Both the position numbers and the translations under genes were made by a program. DNA of 64,000 nucleotides, from NCBI RefSeq assembly GCF_009914755.1, contig NC_060926.1; one strand, written 5' to 3'. The notes under the pieces were generated by a model. The model had not been told where the DNA came from and did no database searches. It was given only the letters and a program-made list of their open reading frames with translations. Source of the DNA: the human T2T-CHM13v2.0 reference genome, Homo sapiens. Shown here piece after piece: positions 13,807 to 28,398 of the stretch; position 1 is the first letter of the stretch, and each line of letters starts with the position of its first letter.

Positions 13807-15339
13807 GTAAGCGAATTTCGATAAAGTTAACTTCTACTTTCCCAAGGCTTCATGAAATTACAGGTGTGTTCCCCAAGGAATTTTCACAAAGGTCAGTTCG
13901 CAAACCCAGAGCCTGGTGTGCTGGGCCATGCAGATCAGAAAACACTACTATGGCACTTGCTAAGTTTATTATAATTATGTACTGATAATAATTTCTCCCA
14001 TTATGTCCTCTCCTTTTCCATATACAGAGTTCTCACCAGTATCATCTCATGCGCAATTTCCCACTGGGATCTCTGGACATTGCCTTAGCTCTTTTTCCCG
14101 CCTTAGAGAGGAGTTATTCTAGAAACTTCTCGACAAGAAATATTCATAAACTCTCGAGCTCACTTCACCTTGACATATGCCCTGACTGGACTAGGCTACA
14201 CACTCCTACTTTGCCAATTATTAATTAAATTATCTAATTTAGCTTTATTTGTTAACCCATAAAATATGCTCATAAAAATGTAAGTGATAATTATTTAGAA
14301 GTTTAGAGATGGTCCAAAGCACTCTGTGAAATGCAAAACCATCTGCATTTTGGCTCATGCATCCCACTCTTTACAGAATGGCATTTTTCCCTTTCATGGC
14401 AAAATTGCATTCATCATTCAAAGTCACTGCGTCAGTGTGACATATTCTGAGTCCCACCCACACGGAATGGTTTATCACTGCCTCCTCGGTGATTCATTCT
14501 TGCTACGATTATCACATGGCTAGATGTATATGTTTTTGTCTTTGTAACTATACTGTGAGCCCCCAAAATGCAAGAACTGTGACTTATTATACTTTGTCAT
14601 ACTATAGAAGAATTAAACAGTTAAGATGGACTAAGTGTGGAATTACATTTATTTACCAAAATGTTCAACTCACCTTTTGGATCATTTTTGTTTCTCAGGA
14701 ATATATTGCTAGTGTTTAAAGCAAAGTCCATGAGGATGTAGGATCCTCTGGTAAGAACTCACAAATCCTTCAGCCTGTTTAATTGCTGCTTCTCCTGATC
14801 ACACCTCTGGTGGAAAGGATACGCTGCCTTCCTTCCAGTGCAGTGAGTCTGAAACTTCCCTGTGCTTAAGAATCCTCCAGGATTGTTAAATTCAGATTTC
14901 TAGAAAAGGTGTGATAGAGCCAAAATTTTGCATTTTGAATAAGTTCCTTATTGGTACAGGAGGTCATGGAACCACACTTAGGGACCCATACTGCAATTAC
15001 GGGAACAGAGATCACACCTACCTCCACTGCAGCTAGAGAGGCCTGTGCCTACCACACCTCCCCTTCTATCACACACTTACTCTCCTCTAGGCTTCCCTAG
15101 AGCAGTACTTTGCAAGAGTTTTCAAAGAGCAACAAAGTCAGCAAAAGGGAGCCTTGATTAAAGGGAGGATGACCATGGTTCCAACACAGTCTCCACTAAC
15201 GATTAGCTGTTAACCTCGGCTGTGTCTTGGAGTACAAAAATTGGGGGCAATATCATTTCAGCTGGTACTTGTGTAGATAAGTGAAAATGCTTATAATAGT
15301 TCCTGGTATGAAATAGAGGATCAATAAAAGAGAGGTTTT

Positions 15340-16705
15340 TTCATCTTTTATAGTCATAAATTATGCGTAACATAAAATTTACCACGTTAGCCATTTTTAA
15401 GTGTACAATTCACTTAAAAGTTCACTTTTAAATGTACAGTGGCAATAAGTACATTCACACTGTTTTGCAACCATCACCACTGTCCATCTCCAGGACTTTT
15501 TCATCTTCCCCAGTTGAAACCCTGTACCCATGAAACACCAACTCCCCATTCTCTCTCCCCTCAGCCCCTAGCAATCATCATTCTACTTTCTGTCTCTATT
15601 AATTTGACTACTCCAAGAACCTCATCTAAGCGTGTGATGGTTAATTGTATGTGTCAACTTGGCTGGGCGACGACGCCCAGATGTTTTGCTGAACATTATT
15701 CTGGATGTTCCTTTGAGGGTCTTTTTGGATGAGATTTACATTTATATCAATGGACTTTGAGGAAAGCAGATTGTCCTTCATAATACAGCTGGGCCTCATC
15801 CAATCAGTTGAAGGCCTGAATAGATCAAAAGACTGACCTCCCTGAGCGAGAGGGAATTTCCCAGCCAACTGCCTTCCAGCTTCATCTGCAGCACTGCCTC
15901 TACCTGGTTTCCCAGCAGATGGCCTTTGGACAGCAACCCTTTCCTGAGTCTCCAGCCTATCAGCCTCTCTCATCAGATTTTGGACTCGCCAAGCCTCCAC
16001 AATGACGTGAGTCAGTTCCTTAAATTTATTTCTCTATAAATACACATCCTATTGGTTCCATTTCTCTGGAGAATCCTGACTAATCCAAAGTACACTCATA
16101 CAATATTTGTTCTTTATGACCGGCTTGACTCAGCATATTATCTTCAAGGTTCATCTATGCTAAGCATATGTCAACATTTCCTTTCTTTTTAAGACAACGT
16201 TTCATGGTATGTATATAACACATTTTCTTTGTCCATCCCCTGATGGACATTTAGGCTATCTTCCATTGTTGGCTATTATGAATAATGCTGCTATGAACAT
16301 GGGTATATAGATATCTGTTTGAGTCTGTGCTTTCAGTTCTTTTGGGTGTCTACCTAGAAGTAAAATAATTGGATCAAGTAGTAATTCCATGTTTAATTTT
16401 TTGAGGAATCACACAACATTTTCCAGTGTCTGCACTGCATTCCCACTAGCAATGTACAGAGATTCCAATTTCACCACATCTTTGCCAACACTTATTTTCT
16501 GATTGTTTTTATCGTAGCAAACCTAATAGGTGCAGAAGTGTTATTCCTGTGGTGATGATTTGCATTTCCCCGATGACTGGTGTTAAGCACCTTTTGGGTG
16601 CTTATTGTCCACTTCTATATCTTCTTTGGAGAAATGTCTATTCAAGTTCTTTGCTCATTTTTTAATTGGGCCATTTGTTTTTTGTTACTTCTGAGTTGTA
16701 AGAGT
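15340..16705 (-). mobile_element. L1MB-type 3' end, interrupted by MLT2
   Basis: aacataaaatttaccacgttagccatttttaagtgtacaattca...ttctttggagaaatgtctattcaagt. Confidence 0.85.
15633..16087 (+). mobile_element. MLT2 (ERVL) solo LTR, MLT2B/C-like
   Basis: tgtgatggttaattgtatgtgtcaacttggctggg...ttctctggagaatcctgactaatcca. Confidence 0.88.
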
Positions 16706-17889
16706 TACAGAAGGAGCTTTATTATTTACAAGATTATGAGTTTATTCCATAGGGTATTTTGTCTAAGATTTATTCCTTTCTTTATCTTTTCGTATCTACT
16801 GCTTTCCACTTTATTTATTTTCCCTTTGTCTTGTTAGTTTTTCAAGATTTGTTAGCTTTGCTACTTGTTAGTTTTGTAAGTGGTTAGCATCTTCCTAATA
16901 ATATGATGCTATTTCAGAAATATACAAATGAGTGGGTTTTCTCTGAGTAATCTCTTCTATTTTCTTCTGCTTTGAAAATCTCCCTAGTGACCTGTCATGA
17001 AGAGCTAATGGCACAACCCTCTGCCTTTGATTCCAAATGCAAGCCTAGTGAACACAGCATGACTGGAATCCCAAAGTCATTATTTTTATCTCTAAGCAGA
17101 TTGCCTCTCGTAGCACACAGGGAGAAAACAGAAAGCTTTTTACAATAGAAGAGAAGAAGAGAAAATATAGGAGTTAAATATATCTTTATTTATTACAAGT
17201 TTACATCACACTTGGGAAGAGCTTTAGGTAGAAAACACAAGAAAAAATAATTTTTGTATATGAGATCTAGTCATATAATATAAATACATAGTATATGTGA
17301 AGCATTAGCATACCTATCATTTTAATACAAATAATAAGAATGATTTTTATGAGTGATATTTTTGGCACTCAAATATTTATTGATTGATTTTAGCCTGAAA
17401 AGAAATTCAGTTTAGTTTAAGAGTTAGCCAGTTGGGTTTTGTTTTTTTTTTTAAGACCATGTATTTCACTATGACATTAGTTGCTACAGTCCAAATCACA
17501 GAATTTTAGGAATCCTATTGGAATTGGAAAGGATCAAGGGGAAACAATACCCTCTGTCAAACTGGACAGTGAATCTCAGTCCTTGTAGGTCACAGGTTAG
17601 CCCACAGTCCCCACGCTCTGAACAGAGCACACATTTGTAACCAAGCTCTAGGTGACTCTAGAGGACTTGGAGCACAATAGAGACCTGGATTGAAGTATGC
17701 TCTTGTGAGGAGAGCTTTCCAAGGATCAGGCTTGAATTGAGCCATCTTTTCACCTTATTACCCTTTCATCCTCAGTAAGAAATTGGACTAATGTGGATCC
17801 CTATCTTAGCATGGACTGGAAAGCATCAAAATTGACTATAGTATTGTTTTCCCAGTAGCCAGGGAGTGGCTACTTCAGAATCAAAGAGA

Positions 17890-18482
<593 letters not shown>

Positions 18483-18588
18483 TAGCCCATGAGAAGATGG
18501 GGTTAAATCTCTGAATATTCCTAGCACATGGGTTGCTAGTGCAGAGAGGGCACTGATTCCAGAGCTCAGTAACACCAGTCATATAGGA

Positions 18589-18954
18589 TGGTATGGTTTG
18601 GCTCTGTGTTCCCTCTCAAATTTCATGTTGAATTGTAGTTGCAGGAGGAACCTGGTAGGAGGCAACTGGATCATGGGGGCAGATTTCCCCCTTGCTGTTC
18701 TTGTGATAGTGAGTTATCACAAGATCTGGTTGTTTAAAAGTGTGTAGCACTTTCCCCTTTGCTCTCTCTCTCCTGCTCCACCATGGTAAGATGTGCTTTC
18801 CCTTTATGTTCTGCCACGATTGTAAGTTTCCTGAGGCCTCCCAGCCATTCTTCCTGTGCAGCCTGTGGAACTGTGAGTCAATTAAACCTCTTTTCTTCAT
18901 AAATTACCTAGTCTCAGATAGTTCTACATAGCAGTGTGAGAATGGACTAATATA
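18589..18954 (+). mobile_element. MSTA/THE1D-like solo LTR
   Basis: tggtatggtttggctctgtg...gaatggactaatata; TSD TAGGA / TTGGA. Confidence 0.88.
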
Positions 18955-18959
18955 TTGGA

Positions 18960-19384
18960 CTTCACCCTTTTCCTCCTATTCCTGTCCTCCACTCTAATAC
19001 TGGAAAGTACAGAAGCAGCACACAAAGTGAGGAATGAGGATCAGAAGAGTAAAATAGAGAAAAAATGAAAAATGGACCATGCTATACTCAGCCGCACTGT
19101 GTTGTGGCATTTTAGAGTTAGCCTGTGCTAGGGGAGTGTGGAAGCATAGAATAGGATGAGCAATGTCTGTTTTGACTTAGATTGAACTGAACTTTTAATA
19201 CCTCAAAATCATACTGTGCGTGTACCTGAGAATGACTGCAAAAGCTATAGGCTCTGCCAGCAAAGCCATCCAAGGTCAAGGAAATGATATCTGATAGAAC
19301 AGAATTGAGGGGAAATATGAGATCAAATAAATAGTTTTCTGCTTACACCCTCCTGAGTCTCACCTGTTCAATAAGCCAGTTACA
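18960..19384 (+). mobile_element. Ancient LTR 3' portion (LTR78-like, uncertain)
   Basis: Ends aataaatagttttctgcttacaccctcctgagtctcacctgttcaataagccagttaca, an LTR-type poly(A) signal and ...CA terminus. Confidence 0.4.
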
Positions 19385-20229
19385 GCCTTGTTGCTACCAG
19401 ATGCCCATATGTGATTCATGCCCATGGCTTCTGAGTGGACAATAAACCTGAGTATTTTCTATGTTATCGGCATAGGACATCTGGCCAGGCTTTGACATTG
19501 GACACTACTTAACAAACAGACTCTAAAGGACAATGGATTTTATCATTGACCAATCTGCAGAAAGATTGCTTTTCTAATCCTAACCCTTGGTAATATTAGT
19601 ACAAATCAGTTTTTAAAATTGTTATCATAAAACAGAGAAATCAGCACAAAGGGTAGGGAGATGAAGGTATATAATTTTCTGAGTCTTACAAGCTCCGCTA
19701 CTAACTGAATATCTACCCTTCTCCAGCAAGAGTGGGAGGAAGGTCAAATGAGCTCTGGAATAAGACCAGTGGCTGATACATGAAGTTCTTAATCCAGAGA
19801 AATGATGCTTGAAGTTCTGGGGCCCAAAGCCCTGAATGATTGATTGAAAGAATGAATGAATGAACACCTAACAAGAATGTTAAGGAACTGGGATTTCCCA
19901 ACACCAGATTTTGAGCATTGATAAACCCCAGGAAACAAGGGACAGAAGTGAGGCAGGATACAGAGGCAGAATCCTGGAAGATGCCAGCAGGCTGAGGGAG
20001 CCATGGGAATGAACACATGCTAGCTATGACCTTGAATAATTTATTGTCCAAGAAAATTGAGCAGTTTTGCAGGTTTTTTGTTTGTTTGTTTGGGAAACTG
20101 CAAGGACATGGTATGTGAGGCGTTTGCTGGGCTTGAAGGACCAGGGTAGACAAACGGCCCCCTTGTTTCTGGTGTATCATTGATTCTAAGATGACAAACC
20201 CGTAGGCCTAAAAAGGACAGATATACCGA

Positions 20230-20830
20230 TACTCCTGGGTATCCTACTGCACCACATGTTCATGTAATGCAAATTTGCTTGTATGCAACTGGCAAATGGG
20301 AAAGGATATCAAGATAGTTCAGAAGTCACAATTCAGAGCAGTTTTCCCCAGTGTATCCATGTCCTGTGTTACAAATAACAGCAACTGAACACAAAGGACA
20401 CTGCATAGCTATGTGCAGCATGAGGTGGAAAATCTGAGTACTCGGCACCATGAGCTTATCCACTTTCTTCCAGTGGCTTCAGTTTGGCCACACATTCTGT
20501 TGTGTGAGGCCCCAACAGGATTCCACCTGATCCATGTGCATTTTGTTCTCTCTCCAAAAAGCAGCAGCCCTGACCCTTCCTTATACTCCCTTCCATCAAG
20601 GTATTGTCACTTTTTGTAAGGATACAATCCGTATTTACTATCATTGTTTTCTTATGTATTAGAATTTAAGTGTGTGTGTTGTTTTACTGGATAGTATTTT
20701 TATTAAGGTTTTTAACTTTTTTTCTGGTATAATAGTAACATAGTTGACAGCCCATCATTTTTAGTTCACAGTTTTGTAGAACATGAAGTGTTTTAGGATT
20801 ATACGTATCACCTTACAGCAGAAATGTCTT
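20230..20830. mobile_element. Ancient Tigger-family element (Tigger14a/15a-like)
   Basis: Right end (gttttgtagaacatgaagtgttttaggattatacgtatcaccttacagcagaaatg) resembles a CpG-decayed terminus of old Tigger MITEs. Confidence 0.4.
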
Positions 20831-22899
20831 TACTTCTCATTGCAGAAGACTGGCAGAGTGAGGTCTGAAGAGTTGCGGTCCCTGACACCACCCCAGGTAG
20901 ACCACTAGACCTTTTGGGTAAAGCTTCACAGGAGCACAAACCCTCATCCTATTTTTATCCCCTACCCATGAATTCATTGCCAGGAGCTGGCATGAACGAA
21001 CCTTTGCAATTGAGACTTCAAACTATGCTGCTGTGCTCCTAAGAAGGCTTAAAGAGTTACTGCTAAGGACAAAAAGGGAGCAAGAATGACAGATAGAAGT
21101 CCAGAGTCCCCCTACTAATGACCCACTGACAGCACCTACTGTTTTGGGGCTCCAAAGACAAAGGGTTCTCATATGTTCTTTTAACTATTGTTCTGTTTTC
21201 TTCTTATTTTATAGATGAGGACACTGAGGCACACAGCCAGCTGATGACTAAGCCAGTTATTCAAAGCCCAGGATTCAAATCCCTTGCTTTTTCCATTGCA
21301 TCATCTGCTCTCTTTGCCTTTTCTTTCAAAGACCAAACTGAAAAAGAGAGTTGATATGACTTGCCCAGGTTTGCTTAGTATTAAAGGCATCAATATGACA
21401 GGGGCATCAACTAGTTCCTGTGAATACTCTTTCCTGAATGGAACCCCTAATCTTCCTGAAAGAAACTGCAGGAACACCTGGTACTTTTAAATTATGCTGA
21501 GGCTGTGGCCAGACTGCTGAAAAAGTGGAGGCAGTTACAGCAAAAGCCATTGTTTATTTCTCCACCTCCATTTTTGTTGGTGTCTTTTGAAGCCCTAAAA
21601 ATGTTAAAGCCTCCTTACAATAGCTGCTGTCAGTGTGGTTTCTATAGTTACTTCTGATAATGAAAAAAGGCATGTTTAGTTGAGACTGGTGATACTGTAG
21701 ACATGGAACTAATATTCTACTAAGTATTGTTAAGGCAGGCAGCTACCTGCAAGCTATTTTTTGACGAAAGAAGGACGTTTCTAAGAATGAGCTTTATTCC
21801 TGGCTTATCATATACAATAGTAAAGTGTGAAAGCTGCAGAAGTTTTTGGAGGCTTTCTAGTATAATCCTCTCATTTACAGAGGAGGAAACAGAGGCCCAA
21901 AAAGGTTAAGTTACTTGCTTGATAAGACATAGTGCTAACAAACAAGTCAGAACTGAATCCATGCCCCTGGCTGGGACTGAGTCCCAGACCAATGTTCTTT
22001 TCATTCACCTTTCTTTTCCTAATCAATAGATGCCTTTATTGAAATGGTAAGGAACAAAAACATTTTGTGTGGAAATTTACCCTTTAATATCAACAGTTCT
22101 TTCACCAACCATCTATGCTTCTTTTATCCAAAATCAACCTAAGCAAAGATAAACAGCTGCCTGTAAAAGTGGAGAAAAAGCACACAACCTAAACCTTATA
22201 GTTCAATAAAATGATGAATGTTCTGGGGCAACAAGGTAACTAATTATTAACTGTAACATTAAACAAGCAGTTAACAGAGATTAATCTTCCACTCTGTATG
22301 CAAAGTGCACAGATAACTCATTAGTTTGCTAATTTCTCTTTTTTTTCTGGCATCCTGAACAAATGACCCTCTTTTTTAAAACATGAGTAATCTTGCCTGT
22401 GTGAGAGGGCCCTAGCAAACCTGGGGTGAGCATTGTTCCCTGAAGGATGTCCAAGATGAGCAGATTTGATGGGAATTCAGTGAGAAGGCATGATGATACG
22501 TGAGCTGTTTTCTCAAGGCTACCGTGTTTGTAATTATCTCTTTAATTACACAGGGCTGCTTTGCAGTTATTTTCATCCTGATATTAGAAACCTTATAACC
22601 AGCCTTTCATCTAGAATTTTACCTCCTAGAAATAGAAGTATTTTATTTTTAAAGGCTCATTGGTGTAATATGCACATGTATTCATGTGGAAGCTAAACCA
22701 CACTAAGGGGAAGTCAACTTGTAGATTTTTCTCTTTGTTGCATATAAAAACAAAGCCATATTGATTTCTGAGAGGTACAAATATGGAGAGTAGTGTAATG
22801 TGCTTTGGTGATAAATAATCAAGTGTCCAGGGAAATTGAAATCCTAAGATCCAGCCAACTTCCTCAGCCTGGGAATTTACAAATGGAAAGGCTAGATCA

Positions 22900-24320
22900 T
22901 TTTGTATTTAAATAATGTTTATGTTATCAGGGGTATATGAAATGTAAAGTCCACCCCATTTTCTCAACACCCAGTCCCACTCCCTAAAAGCAATCACTAT
23001 TAATAGCTAGTTGTGAAATTCTTTATGACTTTTAAATATAATTAAAAACCTATTTTTTCCATTGTCAATTTTAGATAAAACCTTTTGAATTTCTAATCTA
23101 AAATATGTATAGTAACAAAGAAATTAGCATATTTATTCAAACTTTTTCTCCTCCCTCCTCTTCCTCCTCTCGTACTACATTAAGTATTACTTATACTTTG
23201 CCAAGTTTTGTAACATTTAACTCCTTTTCTATAAGTCTATTGAGTCCGTAGTTTAATTTAAAAGTAGAAAGAACTGAGTAGTATGATTGGACCCATAAAA
23301 AAAGCCCTGTGTTGTACAACAGAGAATTTTCCAAGCAACAATGTCAAATGAAACCACTTTCCATTTCCTTGTAACTTTCTTCACTCATTCAGGCCACACA
23401 ATAGTGCCCTCTTTTTAATACCCTATGTCAACTTCTTTTGTGAATTTCTTTTTTAGTCTGCTAAAGTATCTCCTAAAGTAATTTTTCTCATATAGAATAT
23501 ATGAGAGCTAAATTCTGAAATCATGTTTGTTTAGAAGTGTTGTATTTTGTCTTTAACTTGATGGATGGTTTGTCTGGACATAGAATTCTAGATCCAAAAT
23601 TATTTTCTCTCAGAACTTTTAAGACAATGCTCTGTATCAAGAGCCCACAAAGCTGCTGACAGAAACAATCTATATGATGGTATAATGCTGTTTCTTTGTA
23701 GATCACATGTATTTTTCTCTCAGAGCCAGTAAGATTTTCTTTCTATCCCAGGATTTCTGAAATATATATTTTTCATTAATCCAGGATATATATTTTTCTA
23801 TTAATCCAGCTCATCCCTCCATGAGCCTTTCTATGTGAAAATTCAACTCTCTCAGCTTAGAGAATGATCTTTTATTTTTTCTCCAATTACTTTATGTCCT
23901 GCACCATTTTTGTTTTCCCCTCTAGAATTCCACTAGGATGGAAGTTGAACCCTTAGATCTATATTTCATATTTCTCAATTTGTTTCTCATGTTTTCTTCC
24001 TCTGTTTACATGCGGGACCTTATCTCTGTGATCGGTTTTTAGTTCTACCCACATCCCTATTTAGGGCATCCATTGACATTTTTATGTCAGCATCATTTTT
24101 TAAAATTTCCTACATCTATTTCTTGTTTGCCATCTGCTCATTTTTATATTGTTTTATATTTGATATAATATGCTGACAAATATAAAGATAACAAGTCATT
24201 TTTTAAGGGTCTTATGCCCCTTGAACTTGCTTTGTTGTTCATCTTGGTCATTTTTTTATGCTATCAAATTTGTCTCAAATATCCAGTAATTCTTAGTTTT
24301 CCATGTAAACGGTACTTATG
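22900..24320 (-). mobile_element. Old L1 (L1ME-like) fragments
   Basis: T-rich; gtttgtctggacatagaattctag and attattttctctcagaactttt are typical antisense old-L1 motifs. Confidence 0.55.
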
Positions 24321-24564
24321 AAAGCAGGTTAATATGGACTCATTATGGATCCTGTTATGGTTTTCCTTGACAGTTGTGTAAGTCTGTTATGCCAATAATC
24401 CCTCCCCTTTAAACAGTACCATGTTTAAATGCCCATCATAATGCATTAAGTCCCACCAGCCCATTTGCTGGAAATGTGTCTTCTAGCTACTTCAGAATTC
24501 TGCAGCAGAAGAGTCTGCATGTGTGCCCTCTGGTCTGTCTGCCTCAGCCTCCTCATCGTGAAAA

Positions 24565-25174
24565 CACTGACGTGTCCTAGCATAATTATACTTTCTAAGA
24601 CTTTACTTTTCCATTCTTATTTCCCCAAAACTAAAGGCTTCCCCAAAATTAAAGCCTCTACTGCTGGGCTTCTCCCTGGCCCACCCCTAGGTGCCAAACC
24701 AGAGTATGGCACCAAGCAGGAGTCTCAGTAGAACACTGGCCAATTCAACCTCGTCAGACTCATCCGAATAAAATAGTTCCAATGAAAGCATGGATGCAGT
24801 CTCTCACCTAATCTCCATGCCATCTCCACGCTGGCCCAGAACCATTTCCAGGTTGTTTCTACCAGGACAATCAAAACAATAATGTTTAGGTCAAAATATA
24901 CTAAATTGCACCAAACCTAAATGGGACAGTGCCACACCATCACCAAAACAAACACTGCAGGAAAAACCATAGCAGAATTATGGGATCTTTTAGGGAAGAG
25001 CTTGCAAACCATCCGTACTTTCCCTATAAAGATGAATAAAATTCTGTTGGCACAAACTGGCCCAAAGCTAACCAAAATCTAATTTATTCTTATATTTTTA
25101 CCCTTTAGTTTTGGGAAAATAAGAATGGAAAATTAAAGTCTTAGAAAGTATAAATATGCTAGGACACATCAGTG
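24565..25174. repeat. 73-bp inverted repeat pair (24565-24637 and 25102-25174), 464-bp spacer
   Basis: Arm 1 aligns to the reverse complement of arm 2 with 4 mismatches in 73 nt and no gaps. Confidence 0.95.
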
Positions 25175-26061
25175 AGTTTTTGTTAAGGTACCTTCTGGCC
25201 TAAGCCAGGTTTCTGTGCTGCACCTCTAAGGAGACATCTGGGGCAGAACAAAGAAGGATTTGGCTTCCTCACGGTGAAATATCAGTTCATTCAATGCAAT
25301 GACAGTGTTCTACAGAGGGCATGTGGAGGCAGAAGCTCATCTAATCTCAAAGGCCACTTCTGACCACATTAGGAAGCCAAGATAACTGGCCACAACCTGA
25401 TAAGGGTGGTGTCTCCATGCTCTTTTTTGTCTCTCATCTTTTGTCAAGGGCATCTGGGGAGATTCGAGGTGGTAGTTGATGGGAGGTAACAGGCTGGAGA
25501 TACGTGCTGGAAAGACACAGGAAAACAGTAAAAGAGGGCACCAGAGAGAAACCTGCCATGCAGTAGGCTGATCTTTGATGAGGAATGGATTCCAGGGCAC
25601 TGACAGGACAACACTTTAACCTGTCTCCAAGAAGTGTGGGAAGCCCTGCTGATAAGGAAGGAGGGTTCTGCTGGGGAGGAGACTACCTTTTGGAGAAACC
25701 TAGGAATGCAATTCTCAGAGACTTGACCAATGAGCCTTAATACCATGGGCAAAAAATAATAACATTAAGTATTATAAAATGGATGTGTTAAACTCCTAGA
25801 AGAAGCTACCAGCTCAAGACAAACTCTAACATTTAGTAGGTTTACCATTAAAAAGAACAGAACAGAAAAAACATAACACAGCAACAGGGCAGGGAAGTAG
25901 GAAGAGTGAAGAGGGAGACTTTGCTGGTCAAGCCCCCATCTCTGAGGGTTCACCCATTACATATGGGGGGTGGGGATATTTGATTTGCTATATGACAGGT
26001 GGCATAGTAGATTGTTACAAGTACAGACTGTTTCTAGGATTCAAATCCCGGCACTGCCATT

Positions 26062-26533
26062 TATGAAGCAGGTGTACTGTGCACTGGTTACCAATTTGTC
26101 TGAGTCCTGTGAGACAGAACAACCACACGCACAGCAAGTTACATGAAGCAGATTTATTTTTTACAGATAGGCAGCAGAAGACAACAGAAGCCTACAATTC
26201 ATGAGGAGCTGCTCCCCTAAGGCTCAGGAAAGCTGTCCTGCAGTAGATGAGTTTCACCTGCATGTGTCCTACTTGCACTGCAGCTGAAGAACCCTGGAAA
26301 GCAGTCCACCCTGAGTCTTATGCCCTGGAGTAATGGGAATCGCTGGGCTAAAGCATTGGGAAACATCCTATTTTTTCTAGGGGACTTTGATTCTAGGAGA
26401 ATCAAAGGCAAGTTTGTTTCAGCCAGACCTTTCCTTGTGTCAGGATGTTGCATTCCCAGCACATTCTATTGTTATTCTTGAGAACTGCAAGCAAGAAAGG
26501 GGGCTCCGAGGCTTCTTGGAAAATGGTCCTGCA
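26062..26533 (-). mobile_element. LTR32-like ERVL solo LTR inserted in a MIR
   Basis: Minus strand tgcaggacca...gttctcaagaataacaatagaatgtgctgggaatgcaacatcc...ttggtaaccagtgcacagt. Perfect TSD CCATT (26057-26061 / 26534-26538). Confidence 0.8.
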
Positions 26534-26622
26534 CCATTTATCAGAAGTGGGATCTTGGGCAGTTTGCTTTATCTCTGCACCTCATTTGCCTTACAGTGTT
26601 GTTATTAATAATTTAATGGGTT

Positions 26623-26921
<299 letters not shown>

Positions 26922-28275
26922 AATAATTTAATGGGTTAATGTAAATGCAGTAGTACTTAACACTGAAAGCATTATATAAATGTTAGCTGGTATTATTATT
27001 ACAAATAAATATAAAGATTACTAATAAATTTACAACTCTGAATAAACATTTTCAAAGAAAAAATGTATACAGATACATATACATACACACACATTATAAA
27101 TCACCCCCATATTCATCCTCATTTGATTTTCTTCATAATTGTCTCAAGCAGGGATGATTATGTCCAGGAGAAAACTGTGGTTTAAGAAAATTAAATGATG
27201 TCAAAACAGTTTCTCTGCTAATGAGTGTCAGAAATTTGAAACCTGATCAGTCTCATTCTAAAATCTCTGTGTAATAACAGATATAAATAGTATACAGAGA
27301 AAGAATGGCAAAACATTCTCTAGAAGACTAACTATGATTTACAAACAAAGTATCAAGAATACCAGATTCTACTGTGCCCTGGCCACTGCCCAATCACACA
27401 CCTTTAATGACAAGAAGAGAACTATATCACCCACCAGGACAAAGTTTACAAAGCAATTGTACCCATATAACCTTCTTTAACATTTTCATACAACTATAAA
27501 CACACCGTGTGATGATCTGTATCACGTTAACAAAGAAATTAAGGGTTATTGTGTTTAAGTGTTCTGTTCTATTAACTCTGAGACCCCCTTCTCAGGCAAC
27601 TATCTGTAGCCACTGAAGTGATATTGAGAATAAGAAACTGTAGTTCAGTAGAAGACTCTTGGCTCCAAGGAAGCAGAGTGTATGCTTCAACCTATAGAAA
27701 TTTTCTTTGGTCTCACAAACCTTCTAGGTCTCTCTTCACTGTTAATTGCAGGTATCATGACACCTACCCAAACAAGCTCACAAATACCCTAGAACCACCA
27801 GTGCCTATTAAGTAGGCACAACTTCACTTCCTCACCACAGATACAGATAGAGACTAGCCCACAATAAACTGAAGGTAGAAGCCAAGGGGTCCTGGGAGGG
27901 TTAGGTGTACCAGCTGAGTGCCTGCAGGGCAGAGCTCTGCCATGCTGCCCTGGCTTGGCCATAACATAGAGGTTCTGATCAAAGCTGTTAGACCATGACA
28001 GTTGAGTTTCTGTTCTATTACATGTAGCTTCTGTTCCTTTTGTCCAACTTCTTGTCCATTCAGTTACTACAGCTCTGCTTCTACTGCCTGTTTTATCACT
28101 TGTCTTTTCCTATCTCTATTTCAGGAAGACAAGAAAAGCCATTCTTTAGATGATTTCAATAATTTAATTGTTGCCTACTTGCAAAACTTTTCTTCAGCAT
28201 TCCAAGAGCACAGCTAAAAAAGGCAGAGAAAGGATTTGAATAAAGACCTTCTGACTCCAGGTTCCTTGTTTGAAA

Positions 28276-28398
28276 GGGTTGTAATAAAGGGAGTCAGACC
28301 TTCTGACTTCTCTGCATTCTGTCTCTTCTGATTCTGCCTCCTCTGGGAGTTATAATAAAGGGAGTCAGCCCTTCTGACTTCTCTGCATTCTGCCTCTT
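28276..28398 (+). repeat. Local direct duplication (~50 bp unit, 71-bp period)
   Basis: taataaagggagtcag[a/c]ccttctgacttctctgcattctg[t/c]ctctt at 28282 and 28353. Confidence 0.9.

Noticed and set aside
19713-20180. 155-aa minus-strand ORF
   Set aside because: Runs through (GAAT)n/L2-like low-complexity sequence and resembles no known family.
23762-23809. 24-bp tandem duplication (atatatatttttc(t)attaatccag)
   Set aside because: Ordinary slippage duplication inside an old L1.
28276-28398. Direct repeats with a palindromic core considered as CRISPR-like
   Set aside because: Only two units, primate genomic context, no spacer series or cas genes.
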